Below are positions 59,380 through 64,000 of a DNA stretch of 64,000 nucleotides, in pieces. A program made the position numbers and the translations under genes. The notes beneath the pieces are model-generated. The model did no database searches and had not been told where the DNA came from. It was given only the letters and a program-made list of their open reading frames with translations. Source of the DNA: Scyliorhinus canicula. Its lineage: Eukaryota. Each line of letters begins with the position of its first letter. The stretch's first letter is position 1. Location of the stretch: the NCBI RefSeq assembly GCF_902713615.1, contig NC_052151.1, forward strand, positions 220,746,863 to 220,810,862. Reading direction: 5' to 3'.

Positions 59380-60420
59380 GGGAATATAAAGATGGACCAG
59401 AACTGGCTCGGTCACAGAAGGCAGAGAGCAGCAGTAGAAGGATGTTTTTTCTGAATGGACGGCTGTGACTAGTGGCGTTCCACAGGGACCTGTGCTTTTG
59501 CCTCTTTTGTTTGTGGTCTGATTAGCAAATTCGCAAATGACACCAAGGTTCGTGGCGTGGCAGATAGTGTTGAGGATTGTCAGAAGATACAGCAGGAAAT
59601 GAACAGGTTAGAGACTTGGGCAGATAGTGGAATTTAATCCGGACAAATGTGAGATAACATATTTTGATAGGTCTAACAGAGAGGGGAAATATACCGTAAA
59701 TGGCAAAACTCTTAGGAATATGGAAAGTCAGAGAGCTCTGGGTGCGCAGGTCCACGGATCTTTTAGGTGGCAGCACAAGTGGACAAGGCAGTCAGGAAAG
59801 CAGACGGAATGCTTGCCTTCATTGGACGAGGCACCTTGTATAAAAACTGGCACGTCATGCTACAGTTGTATAGAACCTTGGTAAGGCCATACTTGGATTA
59901 TTGCGCACAATTCTGGTCTCCACTGTACTAGAAGGATGTAGAGGCTTTGGAGAGGGTGCTGAGGAGTTTCTCCAGGATGTTCCCTGGTCTGGAGGGGTCA
60001 GCTATGCAGAGAGGCTGAATAGACTCCGACTGTTTTATTGGAATGAAGGAGGTTGAGGCGGTGACCTGCTACAGATCTGCAAGATTGTGAGGGGCATTGA
60101 TAGAGTGGATGGACAGACACGCTTTCCAAGGGAGGAGGGGCCACTCACCAGGGGGCATAGATTAAAGATCTGTTGTGCAAAGTTTCGAGCTGATGTGCAT
60201 AGCAGGTTTTTTTACATAATGGGTGGTGTGCCTGGAACGCGTTGCCAGGGGTGTTTGTGGAAGCAGATACATTAACAGCGTTCGAAAGGCATCTCGGCAA
60301 ATACAAGGATAGAATGGGTACAGAGGACTGCGGCATTAGGAAGTGCTGAGGGTTTTGACCAAGGGCGGTATCATGACCGGTACTGACTTGGAGGACCGAA
60401 GGGCCTGTTCCTATGTTGTA
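59380..60420 (+). mobile_element. CR1/HER1-like LINE 3' fragment
   Basis: MEFNPDKCE, YRTLVRPYLDYCAQFW, RGIDRVDGQTRFP..TRGHRLKI; HER1-type tail gaagggcctgtt. Confidence 0.8.
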
Positions 60421-60799
60421 TTATCCTTTGTTTTTTGTTCTAAAAGCGGCTTGTCCGACTCAAAGATTCCCGTTATGGGATGCACATGGACAATGAACTC
60501 ACAAGACCACACACAGTGCGCTGCAGTTGCCAGAGTCAGCTGAGGAAGTTGCATTTTCGACAATCAGAATTCGCTCCTCCGTTGCATCTAGCCTGTTATT
60601 AGCATTCTTCAGCTCGAGATTTTCTTTTGCTCCTCCCCTCTTAACTGCGACTCTTCGCTTTTTATGTGAGATACAGCGTGAGAAATTGTGAACACTACGC
60701 CCAATCGGATTTGAATGTGTAAAAACGGGCTTTCCATAAGGCAAGATCACAGGGGTTTATTATTATATTGGATCACACAGACTGAGGGTTTGGGATATC

Positions 60800-61262
60800 A
60801 TGGATTACAGAATTTACAGCACAGAAAGAGGCCATTCGGCCCATCGAGTCTTCACGGATCTTGGAAAGAGCATCCACTTAAATGAAATGAAAATCGCTTA
60901 TTGTCACGAGTAGGCTTCAATGAAGTTACTGTGAAAAGCCCCTCGTCGCCACATTCCAGCTGGTACGGGAATCGAACCGTGCTGCTTGCCTGCTTCAAAA
61001 GCCAGCGATTTAGCCCAGTGAGCTAAACCAAGCACACACCGCCTCTCCATAACCCAGGAAACCCCAACTAACCTCAGGACAATTTAGCATGGCCAATCCA
61101 CATAACTTGCACATCTTTGGACTGTGGCGGGAAACCGGAGCACCTCGAGGAAACACACGCACACACGGGGAGAACGTGTAGAATAGTGACACAAGCCGGG
61201 AATCGAACCTCGGACCCTGGAGCTGTGAAGCAACTGTGCTAACCACTGTGCTATCGTGCCAC
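60800..61262 (-). mobile_element. V-SINE with a nested second-family SINE (~60879-61040)
   Basis: HE1-type tail at 60800-60875 and body at 61045-61262, split by the reverse complement of the 27820-type SINE. Confidence 0.75.
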
Positions 61263-61359
61263 TGCATACGTTATATATATATATAAATACAGTTTTATTG
61301 AAGTGTTTTCCATTTTTAGCATATCAAACCCTCAAAACAGATACAGTGCAGTGTAAGTG

Positions 61360-61590
61360 ACTGACCTCATTAACACTGCACCCTGTATGCTTCAACCGAT
61401 GCCAATGCTTATGTAGTTACATTGTATATCTTGTGTTGCCCTATTATGTATTCTCATGTATTTTCTTGAATTTTGTTTAATTCCCTTTTCTTCCATGTAC
61501 TGAATGATCTGTTGAGCTGCTTGCGGAAAAATACTTTTCACTGTACCTCGGTACACGTGACAATAAATAAATCCAATCCAATCCAATCCA
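61360..61590 (+). mobile_element. LINE 3' end with (TCCAA)n tail
   Basis: ..tgtacctcggtacacgtgacaataaataaatccaatccaatccaatcc; homologous to 6740-6960. Confidence 0.65.
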
Positions 61591-61949
61591 AAGAGTGTCT
61601 GTATACATGAGTACAGAAAATGACAGGATAACGACAACACAATTGGTTCAGTTTTAACTTTAGTCTTCGTGTCTCCGACAATCACAAAGAATAACGAGCG
61701 GATACGCTAGAGAATATGGGAGAGGAGGCTAAGGTCATGTAAATACCCAATAGGGTGTACACCAACACGGATAGCGAGTTCCAGACTGTGCAACATGACT
61801 TATGGAAAACCTTGTCGGAGAAAGTCAGACATATCGGAGCTTATAGATCAGAATGCATCCGATTTAGAACCGAATGTGTAAGTTAGGATCCAATCCCTAA
61901 TTCAATGCAAATTCTGAATTGAAGTATAATTATTGCTAAGCAATGAACA

Positions 61950-64000
61950 AAGTATATTCTTCCGGGCCACAGAACTTAGGATGCTATAAAAGCTGCTTTA
62001 AGAGCGTCAAATTTATAACTCATCGAGGAGTCTCAAAGTGAGGAATAACGGATCAAATTCTATGGGCGGACTGAATACCTTCTCAAAGTCTTTGAGTATA
62101 CCACCCAGTAAGGTTGAATTAAGACACAGGACCACGCACATTGCATGTTGTCACCCTCGACTACCTTGCACTTTTGGTACAATGAGGGTATAGCAGATTG
62201 AACCTCCGTCTCAAGTTTGGTGTGTTATGCAGATGATGAAAAATCTGAATCTGAATCTATTTCATTCTATTACAGACGGAAATGATATTCTCATACTCCC
62301 ATATAATACCCCAAGTGTCCTCATGAATACTGTCTGTAAAGTAGTTTTTTTCCAGTACGGCAGTGTTTCTAATGGACTCACACAGGATCTGGAACACAGT
62401 GTCATAAAATGTATTAATTAATTGCTTAGGGTCTGCAGAAACCATGATTTCTTTCCACCAGGGATATGGCAACGTCAAGATGCATAGTTCCTTTTTTGAG
62501 GATAACGTCACTAAGTTAGAGATATTTTTTAAAAAGGAGTATCTCCGCAACTCAAATGTTTGTCATAGCTGCACAAAAGATGACAAGGAAATACTACTGA
62601 ACATATCTCTCAGCCTAAAAATAGCTCTAACTTTCCAAATATCGCATCTATGGGCCATAGCCTGGCAGGAAATGCGGGTAATCCTGAATGGGCAGAAGGT
62701 CGAAGTTAATTTTGAATTCCCTTCCAGCTGAAGGACTATACTCCATTTTCTGAGCCTGTTGATAAGTGTAGGATTCTCACACGGCAGACCCAGCCAATGA
62801 TATCCCTATAAACAACAGAGCATTTAAGGAGCAGAAAGACTGGCTTGCTTCAATGCCGAGCCAAATAGAGGAGTGGTCCCCTCAGACCCAATCGCTTATA
62901 AACTTCAGATGTGAAGCTAAGTGATATATGTCAATATTCAACACCCCCAACCCCCTCTTTGAACTGGGAAGCTGCAGTTTGCAGCTTTAAACAAGGTTTT
63001 TTTTCTTGTTCCATACAAAGCAACTAAGCATTCCGTTCAATTCATTTTGGGTCATTGCAAAAAGCAAGATTGTCAGCATCGGTAAAGGATACAATAACCC
63101 CGGCAGCACTTTCACCTTAACCAACGCTGTTCTGTCTAAAGCCCAAAATGGGCCAGGATGACCATTGGAGAGGTGCAGCCGAATAGACGCAATTAACGGA
63201 GGGAGATTTGCCAATCTCAATGTTTAAAGGGGGAAAGCACTATACCCAGATAGGTACACCCCGAAAGGGACCCCTTGAATGGAGAATTAGAAAGGGGGCG
63301 AGGTCTGTGAGCCCACCCAATGATATAGTATCAAACTTGGACAAATTAATTCTGCTGCCAGAGAAAAGGCTAAATCTATCCACCAGTAGCAGGGGCAGAA
63401 ATGTCCGATTTAAACACAAGAACCAACAACTACGCTTGTCTGCGGACAGCACGGTCTTATACTGCTTCCCTTAACTCTGTAGCCTAGAAACCAAAGAGTC
63501 CTGTCTAATTGTGTCTGGCAGAGCGGCTGTGGTATTGCGGACAATAACGGAGAACATCTGCTCCTCTGCCTAGTCCCTCGTTGGAGATCCAAACTATCCA
63601 TCCTCAGGAATAAGGGAATAATCACTTCCCGGAGCGAGTGCGGCAGCAGACCTGCTTCAAATGAGTGACTAAACCCGACAATCAGTGGGTCCATTAGAAA
63701 GTAATTAAATTCCTGTAAAACTCACAGCCAAATCCAGCAGGTTGGGGCCTGACCAGATTGAAGCTCGTTGAATGCCATTACATCTTTAGAAATAGCAGGA
63801 TTTAGGAACAGCCTTTGGTCCTCGGGGATCGCTGTGGAGCTTGAGAGACGTGAAGAAGCTTTCACTCAGTGTCAGTGCATCCCCAGAATGGTCTGCTTTA
63901 GATAAACTGGGGGAAAAAACTCAAGTGCTTTTTGATAGCCACAGTTTTGATCAGTCTATTCCGCTTGGAATCTATAACAGGGCGAATAGCCCTAAAGTCC
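61950..64000 (-). mobile_element. Old L1 ORF2 relic, same family and orientation as 40420-50960
   Basis: Collinear blocks, e.g. 63600-64000 with 49420-49830 and 62700-63000 with 46660-46990. Confidence 0.65.

Overview
Repeat-rich vertebrate DNA from a cartilaginous fish. This is inferred from the HE1/V-SINE and HER1/CR1 repeat content; a catshark-like species is likely but not proven. The first 17.3 kb hold four T-cell receptor V gene segments on the minus strand, most consistent with TRBV. Each has a phase-1 spliced leader exon, and the three complete ones end in a 23-bp-spacer RSS (CACAGCG/ACAAAAACC). They fall into two families in the order A-B-B-A; family B resembles TRBV30 and ends in an unusual CACS. 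No D, J or C segments were seen, so this looks like the distal edge of a V cluster. Beyond it lie: a near-intact full-length 7.08-kb L1 retrotransposon with a 15-16 bp target-site duplication and one frameshift in a G homopolymer; two intact two-exon GPR139-like class A GPCR genes forming an inverted duplication; a decayed Gypsy provirus with LTRs, PBS, PPT and TSD, plus a related solo LTR; a retroviral-type pol relic with two RNase H-like domains; a 44-bp minisatellite with higher-order structure; and many SINE/LINE fragments. Coordinates of V genes, RSSs, GPCR exons, L1 and LTR ends were counted by hand. Boundaries of degenerate repeats are approximate.
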